Positions 1-9,249 of a stretch of DNA of 64,000 bases are shown in pieces. A program made the position numbers and the translations under genes. The notes under the pieces were generated by a model. That model ran no database searches. It saw only the letters and a list, made by a program, of their open reading frames with translations, and had not been told where the DNA came from. Location: the NCBI GenBank assembly GCA_031370785.1, contig JANMQY010000030.1, positions 19,085 through 83,084 on the forward strand, given 5' to 3'. The DNA is from Candidatus Eiseniibacteriota bacterium (GTDB taxonomy: Bacteria; Eisenbacteria; RBG-16-71-46). Position 1 is the first letter of the stretch; every line of letters starts with the position of its first letter.

Positions 1-893
1 CGCTGCGCATCGAGCGCCGGTCCATTCACCGGGCAGCCTTCGATGTGCCAGTTGTCGGCATGCACGACCTGCGGCGTCGACCACGTGCTGCCCTCGCGCC
101 GGACGACCTGGATGTCTCGCACTTCGCCCGGGCTTCGGTCGCGATAGGCGACGAGGATCCCGCGATCGGTCATGACCGCGGCGGTCTGGCAGCAGTCACA
201 CACGCGGGCGTCCAGCTCCGCTTCGTCCCGCAGCTCACCGCGTCTCGTGACCGAGGCGGCGCGAAGCGTCATGTCTGGCATTGGGCCGGGTGCGTCTTCG
301 TCGTGTCCTTCCATCTTGCGTCCGTCGAGCCAGACCGCCAGAGCGTTGCCGGAGTCCGCCACCAGAGAGACGAATCCGTGCTCGCTGGCACTGCGGTCGC
401 GGTGTGGCGTGACCGGCGGGCTCCAGGTGCGTCCGCCGTCCTCCGACTGGCTGATGCGGACGTCGTAGGCATACGTCCCCGCGCCGCTTCGCCACAGCCA
501 GTGCGCGGCCAGCCGATTCCCGCCGAGCGCGCGAACGCTCGGGAAATCCGCCCAGTTCACGAAGAACGAATCGCCGGATGCGATCGTGGCCGGCTTCGAC
601 CACTGCCTTCCATCGTAGGTCGCGCAGCGGAGGGCCATGCGTTCGCGCACGTCGGGCTCGAGCCAGCTCATCACCACGCGCCCATCGGGCAATGCGGCGA
701 GATTCGGCTCGCGGCTTCCGGCCCGCGCCGGGGAGGTGATGGGTCTCGGCGCTGAAAGCCCGGCAGGCTCGCCCGCAGCTTCTGCCACAAAACCGGCCGC
801 GCTCCAAGGAATCAGGGCGAGCAGCGTCACGGCGCCCCAGCGCGAGAATCGATGCGGCATTGTTTGCGTTCGGTTGAACGATTGCGAGGTCAT
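1..893 (-). CDS. Secreted BNR/Asp-box (sialidase-like beta-propeller) protein, truncated by the window edge
   Basis: Not in the ORF track. Manual translation from ATG 893 (GGGAGAG RBS) gives a signal-like N-terminus, FFVNWADFP, Asp-box SEDGGRTW, VCDCCQT and GCPVNGP. The frame stays open to position 1. Confidence 0.8.
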   Translation of the reverse strand, partial: MTSQSFNRTQTMPHRFSRWGAVTLLALIPWSAAGFVAEAAGEPAGLSAPRPITSPARAGSREPNLAALPDGRVVMSWLEPDVRERMALRCATYDGRQWSKPATIASGDSFFVNWADFPSVRALGGNRLAAHWLWRSGAGTYAYDVRISQSEDGGRTWSPPVTPHRDRSASEHGFVSLVADSGNALAVWLDGRKMEGHDEDAPGPMPDMTLRAASVTRRGELRDEAELDARVCDCCQTAAVMTDRGILVAYRDRSPGEVRDIQVVRREGSTWSTPQVVHADNWHIEGCPVNGPALDAQ

Positions 894-963
894 GTGCTCT
901 CCCAGGAAGATGGCCGTCTCATGCACGGCTCGTGCGTCGGCAGATGCCTCACCTCCGCGAGGA

Positions 964-1341
964 TCACTTGACGACCAACTCGCCATGGTACATCCCCATG
1001 CGGCAGGAATAGCTCAAACGACCCGCCGCCTGTGCCGGCAGAGCCACTCGCACGGCCTTGTTCAGCGGCAAGTCCACCACCTTATCGATGGAAGGGAAGA
1101 ACGCCTGGGTCGCGCAGGTCTGATCGGTCTTGCGCGTGACCAGCAGAACGATCGGCACGCCCTGCTTGACCGCGAGGGTGGCGGGTTCGAATCCGGCTTT
1201 CGTAACCGAGATCTTCACCACCTTTGGGCGAGCCGACTTGTGAGCAATTGGATTGCCCTTGCCATGCCCGAACGCGGCGCCAGCTACCAGGAAGCACCCG
1301 AGGCCGACCGCGACTGACAGGGTTCCAATGCTTACTCTCAT
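964..1341 (-). CDS. Exported cupredoxin-domain protein (CupA/Cupredoxin_1-like)
   Basis: Signal peptide, GFEP, TC and a C-terminal YSCRMGMYHG motif; AAGGAG RBS before ATG 1341. Confidence 0.8.
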   Translation of the reverse strand: MRVSIGTLSVAVGLGCFLVAGAAFGHGKGNPIAHKSARPKVVKISVTKAGFEPATLAVKQGVPIVLLVTRKTDQTCATQAFFPSIDKVVDLPLNKAVRVALPAQAAGRLSYSCRMGMYHGELVVK

Positions 1342-1351
1342 GGCACGCTCC

Positions 1352-1762
1352 TTACTTCGCTTTCGCGGGGCTCGCCGCAACGGAATGAATGAGCAACACG
1401 GCGGTACTGGTCTTGCGGTAGACCACGCCCTTCACCTGAACGGGTTTGCCGAGGTGCGGGAGCAGCCCGGCATTCTGGCTGGCGCCATGCGCCTTGGCGA
1501 TCAACGGGTAAACGACGCCGGAGGCATCGTCGAGAAACGACAGCCCCTGCCCTCCCCTCGCGCACATCGAAGCACACGACGCGTGCGCCATGCCGCGGCT
1601 GTCATGCGTGTAGTAGCACTGCGGGTCGATGATCTCGCCGCTCATCGTAACGCTCGCGAAGCGTGGTGCGACCTTGTCCGGCGCGGCTGCTGGAAGAGCC
1701 ATCGCGACGACCGCCAGTACCAGCCCTGCCAATGTGGACAAATAGAGGGTTCCTCGCTTCAT
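1352..1762 (-). CDS. Exported Cys/His-motif hypothetical protein
   Basis: Signal peptide; GEIIDPQCY...HASCASMC motif; in operon with the efflux genes. Confidence 0.75.
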   Translation of the reverse strand: MKRGTLYLSTLAGLVLAVVAMALPAAAPDKVAPRFASVTMSGEIIDPQCYYTHDSRGMAHASCASMCARGGQGLSFLDDASGVVYPLIAKAHGASQNAGLLPHLGKPVQVKGVVYRKTSTAVLLIHSVAASPAKAK

Positions 1763-1817
1763 CTCATTCTCCTATGCAGGGTTCGAAGCAGCATCGGACT
1801 GCGACCTGGCGTGCGTG

Positions 1818-2321
1818 TCACTTTCCACCGGTGAGGCTCTTGATCGCGCCCAGAACCGTCTCGAGCTTCGCGAACTCCGCCTGGGTGCCGCTCAGGTTGC
1901 CCGCATCGCCGAGTTCATCGAGCTTGGTGGCGGATGCCTTTACCTGTCCGACCATGCCATTGAGCTTTGCGGAGCTGGCCGGCGAAGCCGCGTTCGCTTT
2001 GTCCGCCAGCGCAACGACGAGATCGCGGATCCCAAAGGCGAGATGGTGGACGTCCTTGAGCTGACCGCTCTGAATCGCCGCAGACAGTTTGCCTTGTTCC
2101 TCTGCGATCTGCGTCCAGATCCCAGCGACCGTCGCCGCCGGGGCCAGCGTCTGGGCGGACTCGCCGGGTTCGGCCTCACCGCTCGGCGCCGCGGACTCAG
2201 GTCCAGCCTGCGACGACGACGCGGGCGTTTCGGACTGGCCCTTGTTGGACGAACAGCCCGCGAGGACGAGGAATCCGACGAGTGCCGCAAGCAGGCTCCA
2301 CTGACGTGCGTAACGATTCAT
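1818..2321 (-). CDS. Lipoprotein, predicted helical with an HH motif
   Basis: Lipobox LAGC, low-complexity linker, DVHHLAF; AAGGGAG RBS. Confidence 0.75.
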   Translation of the reverse strand: MNRYARQWSLLAALVGFLVLAGCSSNKGQSETPASSSQAGPESAAPSGEAEPGESAQTLAPAATVAGIWTQIAEEQGKLSAAIQSGQLKDVHHLAFGIRDLVVALADKANAASPASSAKLNGMVGQVKASATKLDELGDAGNLSGTQAEFAKLETVLGAIKSLTGGK

Positions 2322-2381
2322 TTTGGGCTCCCTTGTTCTTAGTTTGCGCCACGACGACCGGCTCGCGTTTCGAGCACGGTC

Positions 2382-5300
2382 CTACGATTCCTCCGAGACG
2401 CCAGCCAGGTACCTTTCTGCCGACTTCCGTCCGAAGCGATAGAACACCGCCGGGGTCACGATGGTGTCGAGGAGCGTCGAGCTGATCAGCCCACCGAGGA
2501 TGACCGTCGCCACCGGGTAGAGGATTTCCTTGCCGGGCTCCCCCTTGGACATCACCAGCGGGATCAGCGCCAGCCCCGCGGTCAGCGCGGTCATCAGAAC
2601 GGGGACCAATCGTTCGAGCGAGCCGCGAATGACCATGTGCATGTCGAACTTCTCTCCCTCTTCCTTCATGAGGTGCAGATAGTGCGAGACCATCATGATC
2701 GTGTTCCGCGAGGCGATCCCGGTCAGGGTGATGAAACCGACGAGCGAAGCCACCGAGAACGTGCCTCCCGTCAGGAAGATCGCGACCACGCTTCCGATCA
2801 GCGCCAACGGGATGTTGAGCAGGATCTGGAGAACGATCGGAACCGAGCGGAAGTGCGCGTAGAGCACGAGGAACATCGCGGCAAGCGAGAACAGACTCAG
2901 AATGCCGATCAACCGGGTCGCTGACTGTTGACTCTCGAACTGTCCGCCGTAGGTGATGAAGTAGCCGGTCGGCAACGTGACCTGGGCGCCCACCTTTTTC
3001 TGGATGTCCTCGACGACTCGCCCGAGGTCTCTGCCGCTCACGTTCGCGGAGACGACGATGCGGCGCTGAACATTCTCGTGCTGGATCACGTTGGGGCCGC
3101 GCGACTCCTCGACCGCCGCGATCGCCGCCAGCGGCACCTTCGCCCCGGACGGCGTGTCGATGAGGGCGCCGCGAATGGCCTCGAGGCTGCCCCGCGACGC
3201 ATCGTCGAAGCGAACCACCAGGTCGAATGTCCTCTGACCTTCGAGAACCTGCGAGACCACGCGTCCGTTGAGCGCGGTCTCGAGCGCCTCGTTCAGATCG
3301 CCGACGTTGAGACCGTAACGGGCGAGAGCCACGCGGTCGCCCTCGATGCGGATCTGTGGCACCAGCACCTGCTTCTCGGTCTGAAGATCGACCACGCCCG
3401 GCACGGTCCCCATGGCCGTCTGGATCTCGGCCGCCTTGGCGCGCAGCAGGTCGAGATCGTTGCCGAACAGTTTGACCGCGATCTGCGAGCGGACCCCAGA
3501 GAGCAAGTGGTCGAGCCGGTGAGAGATGGGCTGACCGATATTGACGAAGACCCCGGGAATCTGCGCCATGCGGCTGCGAATATCACCCAGGACCTGTTCG
3601 CGCGATCGCTTCGAACGCCGAAAATCGACGTCGATCTCCGTGTAATGGACACCTTCCGCGTGCTCATCAAGTTCGGCGCGCCCGGTGCGGCGGCCCGTCG
3701 AAATGACTTCGGGAACACCAAGGAGCTGCTGCTCGGCAATTGTGCCGAGGCGATTCGATTCGCTGAGCGAGGTGCCGGGCGCGGCCACGACGTTGATCGT
3801 CGCCGTGCCCTCGTTGAAGGGCGGCAGAAACTCGCGGCCCATGAACGGGACCAGAGCCGCCGCGGCCACAACGAGTACGACGGCCCCGCCGATGACAACT
3901 CCCGGATGCGGCAGCGTGAAGTCGAGAAGTCGGCGGTCCCATGCCTTGAGGTGCCTGACTACGAACGAGTCCTTCTCCTCCGCCATCACCCTGGCCTTCG
4001 GCAGGAGATAGAGGCAGAGCGCCGGCGAAACCGTCAGCGAGACCACGAACGAGGCGAGGATCGAGACGATGTATGCGACGCCCAGCGGAGCGAACAGCCG
4101 GCCCTCGATGCCGCTCAGCGCGAAGAGCGGCATGAACACGAGCACGACCAGGATCGTGGCGTAGACGATGGAGTTTCGAACCTCGGAAGACGCCCGATAG
4201 ACCACTTCCAGGGCGGGGCGGGGCACCTCCGCGTGTCGATTCTCCCGCAGGCGCCGGAAAACGTTTTCGACATTGACGATCGCATCGTCGACCAGCTCGC
4301 CGATGGCGATCGCGAGGCCGCCCAGGGTCATCGTGTTGATGGAAATATTGAACAGATGGAAGACGACCGCGGCGGTCACGAAGGAGAGCGGAATGGCGGT
4401 GAGCGTGATGGCGGTCGTGCGGAAGTTAAGGAGGAAGAGGAACAGCACGATCAGCACGAGAATGGCGCCATCGCGGAGTGCCTCCTCGACGTTGCGGAGC
4501 GCCGCTTCGATGAAGGTGGCCTGCTTGAACAACGGCCGCATCCGCACGTCCTTGGGCAGGGATGGCCGCAGCTCCACCAGTGCGGCTTCGATCCGCCGTG
4601 TCAGATCGATCGTGCTGGCGCCAGGCTGCTTCTGGATCGAGAGGATCACCGCAGGCCTGCCATCCACGCTGCCGTCGCCGCGCTTGACGCGCGTGTTGAC
4701 GCCGACACTCGCCACTTCCTTCAGCAGGACGGGCACGCCGTTTCGCGTCGCGACGACGGTGTTGAGGAGCTGTTCGGGATTTCGCAGGCGACCCAGATTG
4801 CGGATCAGGTATTCCTGCGACTGCGCCTCGAGGTAGCCGCCGGTGGTGTTTTCGTTGCTCGCCCCGACCGCCTGCTCGACCTCCTTGAGAGAGAGCCCGA
4901 GTGCCGCCAGGCGCTGCGGGCTGACGCGCACCTGGTACTGCTTGACGCCACCGCCGATCGGAATCACCTGCGACACGCCGGGGATGGTCAGCAGTCGCTG
5001 GCGTACGACCCAATCCGCGAGGGTCCGCATCTCCATGGGCGTGGTCTGGCCGGTGGAGCTCTCGAGACCGAGCAACATGATCTCGCCCATGATCGAGGAG
5101 ACCGGCCCCATGGCCGGCGCGACGCCCTTGGGCAGGTGCTCGGCCGCGAGCTGGAGCTTCTCGCCCACCAGCTGGCGATCACGGTAGATGTCGGTTCCCC
5201 ACGCGAACTCGACGGTCACGACCGACAGGCCGATACCCGACGTCGAACGGACACGCTCGACGCCCGGCGCGCCATTGAGCGTGGTCTCGATCGGCAGGCT

Positions 5301-5495
5301 GACCAGCGTTTCGACTTCTTCCGGCGCCAGACCCGGCGACTCGCTCAGGACCGTCACGGTTGGGCGGTTGAGGTCCGGGAACACATCCACGGGCAGCCGC
5401 AGGATCACCGCAGTGCCATAGATCAGGAGCAGCACGGCCGCCGCGACGACGAACAGTCGGTTTCTCAGCGCGAACAGGATGATTCGGTCAAACAT
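2382..5495 (-). CDS. Heavy-metal efflux RND permease (CusA/CzcA family)
   Basis: 1037 aa; DVFPDL, GELVDDAIV and RLVPVLMTAL motifs with the two-repeat RND layout. Confidence 0.95.
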   Translation of the reverse strand: MFDRIILFALRNRLFVVAAAVLLLIYGTAVILRLPVDVFPDLNRPTVTVLSESPGLAPEEVETLVSLPIETTLNGAPGVERVRSTSGIGLSVVTVEFAWGTDIYRDRQLVGEKLQLAAEHLPKGVAPAMGPVSSIMGEIMLLGLESSTGQTTPMEMRTLADWVVRQRLLTIPGVSQVIPIGGGVKQYQVRVSPQRLAALGLSLKEVEQAVGASNENTTGGYLEAQSQEYLIRNLGRLRNPEQLLNTVVATRNGVPVLLKEVASVGVNTRVKRGDGSVDGRPAVILSIQKQPGASTIDLTRRIEAALVELRPSLPKDVRMRPLFKQATFIEAALRNVEEALRDGAILVLIVLFLFLLNFRTTAITLTAIPLSFVTAAVVFHLFNISINTMTLGGLAIAIGELVDDAIVNVENVFRRLRENRHAEVPRPALEVVYRASSEVRNSIVYATILVVLVFMPLFALSGIEGRLFAPLGVAYIVSILASFVVSLTVSPALCLYLLPKARVMAEEKDSFVVRHLKAWDRRLLDFTLPHPGVVIGGAVVLVVAAAALVPFMGREFLPPFNEGTATINVVAAPGTSLSESNRLGTIAEQQLLGVPEVISTGRRTGRAELDEHAEGVHYTEIDVDFRRSKRSREQVLGDIRSRMAQIPGVFVNIGQPISHRLDHLLSGVRSQIAVKLFGNDLDLLRAKAAEIQTAMGTVPGVVDLQTEKQVLVPQIRIEGDRVALARYGLNVGDLNEALETALNGRVVSQVLEGQRTFDLVVRFDDASRGSLEAIRGALIDTPSGAKVPLAAIAAVEESRGPNVIQHENVQRRIVVSANVSGRDLGRVVEDIQKKVGAQVTLPTGYFITYGGQFESQQSATRLIGILSLFSLAAMFLVLYAHFRSVPIVLQILLNIPLALIGSVVAIFLTGGTFSVASLVGFITLTGIASRNTIMMVSHYLHLMKEEGEKFDMHMVIRGSLERLVPVLMTALTAGLALIPLVMSKGEPGKEILYPVATVILGGLISSTLLDTIVTPAVFYRFGRKSAERYLAGVSEES

Positions 5496-5507
5496 GATCG
5501 CGCTCCC

Positions 5508-6971
5508 TCACTGGCCGAGACCGACGACTGGAGCCGTCAGCAAGGGATAGCCACCCGAGACGACCACTCGATCACCCGGAGTGAGCTCGCCCGTAACCGT
5601 GACCCGCTCGCCGAGGCTGGTGCCCAGGGTGACCTCGCGCGCCGTGAAGCGCTCGGGGGCGGTGTGAACGAACACGAGCTTGCGCCCGTCCTTCTCGAAC
5701 ACGGCACTGCGGGGGACCACCAGTGCTGATTCGACACCGCCCTGTTCGATACCGACGTCGACGAGCGATCCGACCCGCAGGCGGCCACCCGGGTTGGGGA
5801 CTTCGAACCACGCTTCGATCGCGCCGGGCACCTCGCCCTGCGTCACCCCCAGTGCCACACGCCGCCCGGTCAATGCCAGATCCGGAATGCTCTGCGAGGT
5901 GATGACGGCACGGGTTGAGCGCTGCACGCCGGCGACGTCGGCCTCGTAGACATCCGCGTGCACCCAGACAACGGAGGGATCGAGCAGCGTCATGAGCTTC
6001 TGCCCCGCCTCGACGAGCTGGCCGTTCACGACGAACACTCCGGTCAGTACGCCGGTCTGCGGGGCGCGCAGGATGAGATCGTCGACCACGGTGAGACTCG
6101 CGACCGGCCTGCCCTTGGTGACGTTCTGACCGAGCACGGGCGCCCGGCCATTGGCGAAGAAGATGCGGCCTGACTGCGGCGCCACGATCTCGATCTCGGC
6201 GCCCCCGCGGGGAGCGATGCGCCCGAGCACACTGAGCCGCCTCTGAACCGGCTGACGCTGCAGTGGCTCGGTGCGGATCCCCAGCAGGAACTGGGACGCC
6301 TTCGAGATGAAGACCTGCGCTCCTGGGCCGACGGACGTGCCGGATGAGGCAGGGGCTTCGTCGTGTCCCGCATGCGCCCGCGCGGCCGATGCGAGAAACA
6401 GGGACAGCATGAGAGCCGCTCCGGTCGCCTTCATGCGCCGGCGTGCCACGAGCAGAATGCCGACGAGGAGCACGAGCGCACCAGCCAGCAGCCAGATCCA
6501 GGCGACCCTGCGAGGCGCGAAGCCACTCGTCCGGGAGCGCTCAGTACTTACCTGTAGACCCGAGAGGGCGAATCGTTCCTCCTCCCCGGTTGCGGCAGCA
6601 ATCGTCATCAACACGGTGAACGTACCGGTATCCGCTGGGGCCTGAAACGGCACGAAGAAGATGCCCGCACGATTGGATGCGACGGCGGAACCAGTCCAAA
6701 GTTCCCGTGCATTGGAACGAAGACTCAACCTGATGGTGGCGTTCTTGATCGGGGCGTTCGTCTGGAAGTCGCTGAGATAGAGATCCAAGGTGTCCCTGAG
6801 GCCCGGGCGGAGCTGCTTGCTCTTGAGGACGATCTCGTAGTGATCCGAATGTACCGCAAGAATCTGTTGGCTCGAGATTGCAGCGCCTCCTGCCACGGGA
6901 GCGTCTTTTGCGACGGCGGCACGGGCCGTCACCGACAGCACCAGCATCAGGAGCAAAGTCAGACGTCTCAT
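5508..6971 (-). CDS. RND periplasmic adaptor subunit with an N-terminal extra domain
   Basis: Start MRRLTLLL forms an ATGA overlap with the TolC stop; lipoyl halves APQSG/APQTG; VPRSAV and GDRVVVSG C-terminal motifs. Confidence 0.88.
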   Translation of the reverse strand: MRRLTLLLMLVLSVTARAAVAKDAPVAGGAAISSQQILAVHSDHYEIVLKSKQLRPGLRDTLDLYLSDFQTNAPIKNATIRLSLRSNARELWTGSAVASNRAGIFFVPFQAPADTGTFTVLMTIAAATGEEERFALSGLQVSTERSRTSGFAPRRVAWIWLLAGALVLLVGILLVARRRMKATGAALMLSLFLASAARAHAGHDEAPASSGTSVGPGAQVFISKASQFLLGIRTEPLQRQPVQRRLSVLGRIAPRGGAEIEIVAPQSGRIFFANGRAPVLGQNVTKGRPVASLTVVDDLILRAPQTGVLTGVFVVNGQLVEAGQKLMTLLDPSVVWVHADVYEADVAGVQRSTRAVITSQSIPDLALTGRRVALGVTQGEVPGAIEAWFEVPNPGGRLRVGSLVDVGIEQGGVESALVVPRSAVFEKDGRKLVFVHTAPERFTAREVTLGTSLGERVTVTGELTPGDRVVVSGGYPLLTAPVVGLGQ

Positions 6972-8368
6972 CGAGTCCTCCCCGCGCCGAGATGATCGAG
7001 ATCGAGACCCACGGCCGTTTCCAGCTGGCCGCGTGCGTCCCAATAGGCGTCGCCCGCTTCGAGTTGCTCGAGGAGCGTGTCCACGAGGCGCCCTTTCTGA
7101 GTGAGGTAGGAGTCGAGCGAGATGCGGCCGTCTGCGTAGGCTTCGCGAATCAGCACGAGGTCCTGCCGTACGCGCGTCGATCGCTCGAGGTAGAGACGGT
7201 AGAGCGCGGCCGTGTCCTGAAACCGCCGCGCAGCGCCAAGCACTTCCAGCTGGATTCGCAGCCGATAACGGTCGTACTCCGCCTGACTGCGCACGATCTC
7301 CGCGGAAGCGCGCGCGCGACCGGCCTGGTTCTTCTGCCACAGAGGCAGTGGGGCACTGATGCGTGCGGTCCAGAGGTTGTCGGTGGATCGCGCACCCGCG
7401 ATCCCACCCACGATGGCTGGATCACCGGTGAAGTCGTCGCCCGAGATCGACCGGCGTTCCCGAGTCAGCCCGACTCCCAGCGTGAGGTTGGGGCGAGCCT
7501 CCCGCTCGGCGAGAAGAAGTTCCGCTTGTCGCTCAGCGATCTGGCGACGAAGGACCTCGCCCGTTCCTCGGATTCGGAGAGCACGTGCGACGACCGAATC
7601 TTCCGGAGCCTGAAGCGAGTCCGCCCGGACCTCGCCGCTCAGGCGAGTCGATTCCGGAAGCTCCCGTCCGATCGCCAGTCCAAGGGTGACGAGCGCCTGG
7701 CGGAAGTCGCTGCGCGCACGCCGGCCTTGCGCCTCCAACCGGAGCAGATCGAGTTCCGTCAGTCGGCCAGTCAACGGCGTCATGGATCCATCGCGCACTC
7801 GCGCCTGCGCCGCCAGCACGACCCGACGATCGAGCTCGGCCAACTCGTCCACTGTCTTCACTCGGTCCTGCAGGAAGAGAGCGCGCTCGAATCTCGCGCG
7901 GACATCCGACTCGATCTCCTGCCGCTTCTCGTTCCACTCGGCGGCGCGGGTCTGCGATCGTGCCGTTGCCACAGACTGACGAGCGCCACGCTTGCCCCAT
8001 AGCTCCAACTCCTGGCTGACGCCGACATCCAGAGTGGCCTCGGTGCCCGACCCGAGCGTCTGGCCACCGCGCGCGCTCTGCAACTCGAACTCAGGATTGA
8101 AGGACGGGACCCCCGCGTACGCCGAGTCGGCACGGGCGACGGCGAGATTCGCTCCAGCTACGCGCAGATCAGGATGGGCCTTCATGGCGAGGTCGAGTGC
8201 TGCCGACAGCGTGAGTGGGCCGGAGATCACCGACTGCACCGAGCTCAAGGACGAAGTGCCGACAGCTTCGGCAGACCGTGGCTGCGCCGTGGATCGTTGG
8301 GGAAGCACCGCCCCGAGTTGAACCATGCACGCGATCGCCGCGAGACGATGCGTCAGCCGTGAAGCCAT
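6968..8368 (-). CDS. TolC-family outer membrane efflux protein
   Basis: Signal peptide; LTLSAALDLA, SQELELWGKR, PLPLWQKNQ and AYADGRIS motifs. Confidence 0.92.
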   Translation of the reverse strand: MASRLTHRLAAIACMVQLGAVLPQRSTAQPRSAEAVGTSSLSSVQSVISGPLTLSAALDLAMKAHPDLRVAGANLAVARADSAYAGVPSFNPEFELQSARGGQTLGSGTEATLDVGVSQELELWGKRGARQSVATARSQTRAAEWNEKRQEIESDVRARFERALFLQDRVKTVDELAELDRRVVLAAQARVRDGSMTPLTGRLTELDLLRLEAQGRRARSDFRQALVTLGLAIGRELPESTRLSGEVRADSLQAPEDSVVARALRIRGTGEVLRRQIAERQAELLLAEREARPNLTLGVGLTRERRSISGDDFTGDPAIVGGIAGARSTDNLWTARISAPLPLWQKNQAGRARASAEIVRSQAEYDRYRLRIQLEVLGAARRFQDTAALYRLYLERSTRVRQDLVLIREAYADGRISLDSYLTQKGRLVDTLLEQLEAGDAYWDARGQLETAVGLDLDHLGAGRTR

Positions 8369-8471
8369 TCCATCTCCGCCTTTCCGTCAGGCCGATAAAT
8401 CCCCTGACACGCATTCCCGCGCACCAATGCAATGGCGCTGCCTTGTCCTACGGCAGGACCAGAACGGGAAA

Positions 8472-8894
8472 CTAGGCGGAGTAGGGAGGACCGCGAGGGG
8501 ACTGCGGGAAAGTCGAGGGATCGGGTGGAGAACCCGAATGCGCATCCGGTTCGAGCCGACCGAAGGCGCCCTGCGCATTGACGGGCGCCGCAACCATCGG
8601 CACCAAGGCATGAGGTGCAGGGTCCGACGTCGGAGCATTGACAGAAACCGAAGTGGGCGCGGTCGCAGCCGATAGTGGGACGAATGCGCAACAGCAGGGA
8701 TCCGTCGGAGGAATCGGCTTGGGTGACGGCGCGGACTCGGGGCAGCAGTCGTGATCGCCGTCGTCGTGGTGCTCGGACTCGATCGCGATGGCCGATGCCT
8801 TCAATGGCATCAGGGCACAGTGACCCAGTTCGAGCGGCATCAGCACCGCGAAGAACAGAGTCAGTATCGCGCGCAGCCCGAGCAAGATCTTCAT
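8472..8894 (-). CDS. DUF2946/CutF/CruR-like leader protein with a C-terminal RGPP motif
   Basis: GGAGGGG RBS, hydrophobic N-terminus, HHDDGDHDCC and CCC clusters, ends SPRGPPYSA; first gene of the efflux operon. Confidence 0.7.
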   Translation of the reverse strand: MKILLGLRAILTLFFAVLMPLELGHCALMPLKASAIAIESEHHDDGDHDCCPESAPSPKPIPPTDPCCCAFVPLSAATAPTSVSVNAPTSDPAPHALVPMVAAPVNAQGAFGRLEPDAHSGSPPDPSTFPQSPRGPPYSA

Positions 8895-9249
8895 TCGACC
8901 GACCCCTCCAGGAGACTTGACCGCGGACAGCATCGCTTCGATCACGACCGCCGGTCAAGCAAGTTAACGACTGCTGATGCTCACTCCACAAGGCCTGAGC
9001 GCAAACTCACAAGGGCTTGACGCGGCCCGCCAGCTGTGAAGTCACAGGAAGCAGCTCCAGGGCATCGACTGTCAGCGGTGCGGGAGCCCGCGATCACCAA
9101 ACCTCGCGCGGCTCCGACCTGCGCCACTCGCGCGTTCCCTGTTCACAATCACGGTGCGCCCGCCAGTGTCCTCGGTGAAGCCCTTGAGCGCCCCGCGCGA
9201 TCGCAACAGCAGCTTCGCGCCGCAACCCGGTCAAGACGTTGGCATTATC

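Noticed and set aside
2928..5729. 933-aa plus-strand ORF and similar long antisense ORFs (for example 21138-22649, 29152-31470, 40883-42925, 42998-45157)
   Set aside because: They are shadow frames of well-supported genes in high-GC DNA and carry no recognisable motifs.
6972..7340. Extended ORF-track starts (adaptor, MFS, Cu ATPase, TBDR, TfoX, mutY)
   Set aside because: The extensions overlap neighbouring genes; downstream starts have RBS or coupling support in most cases.
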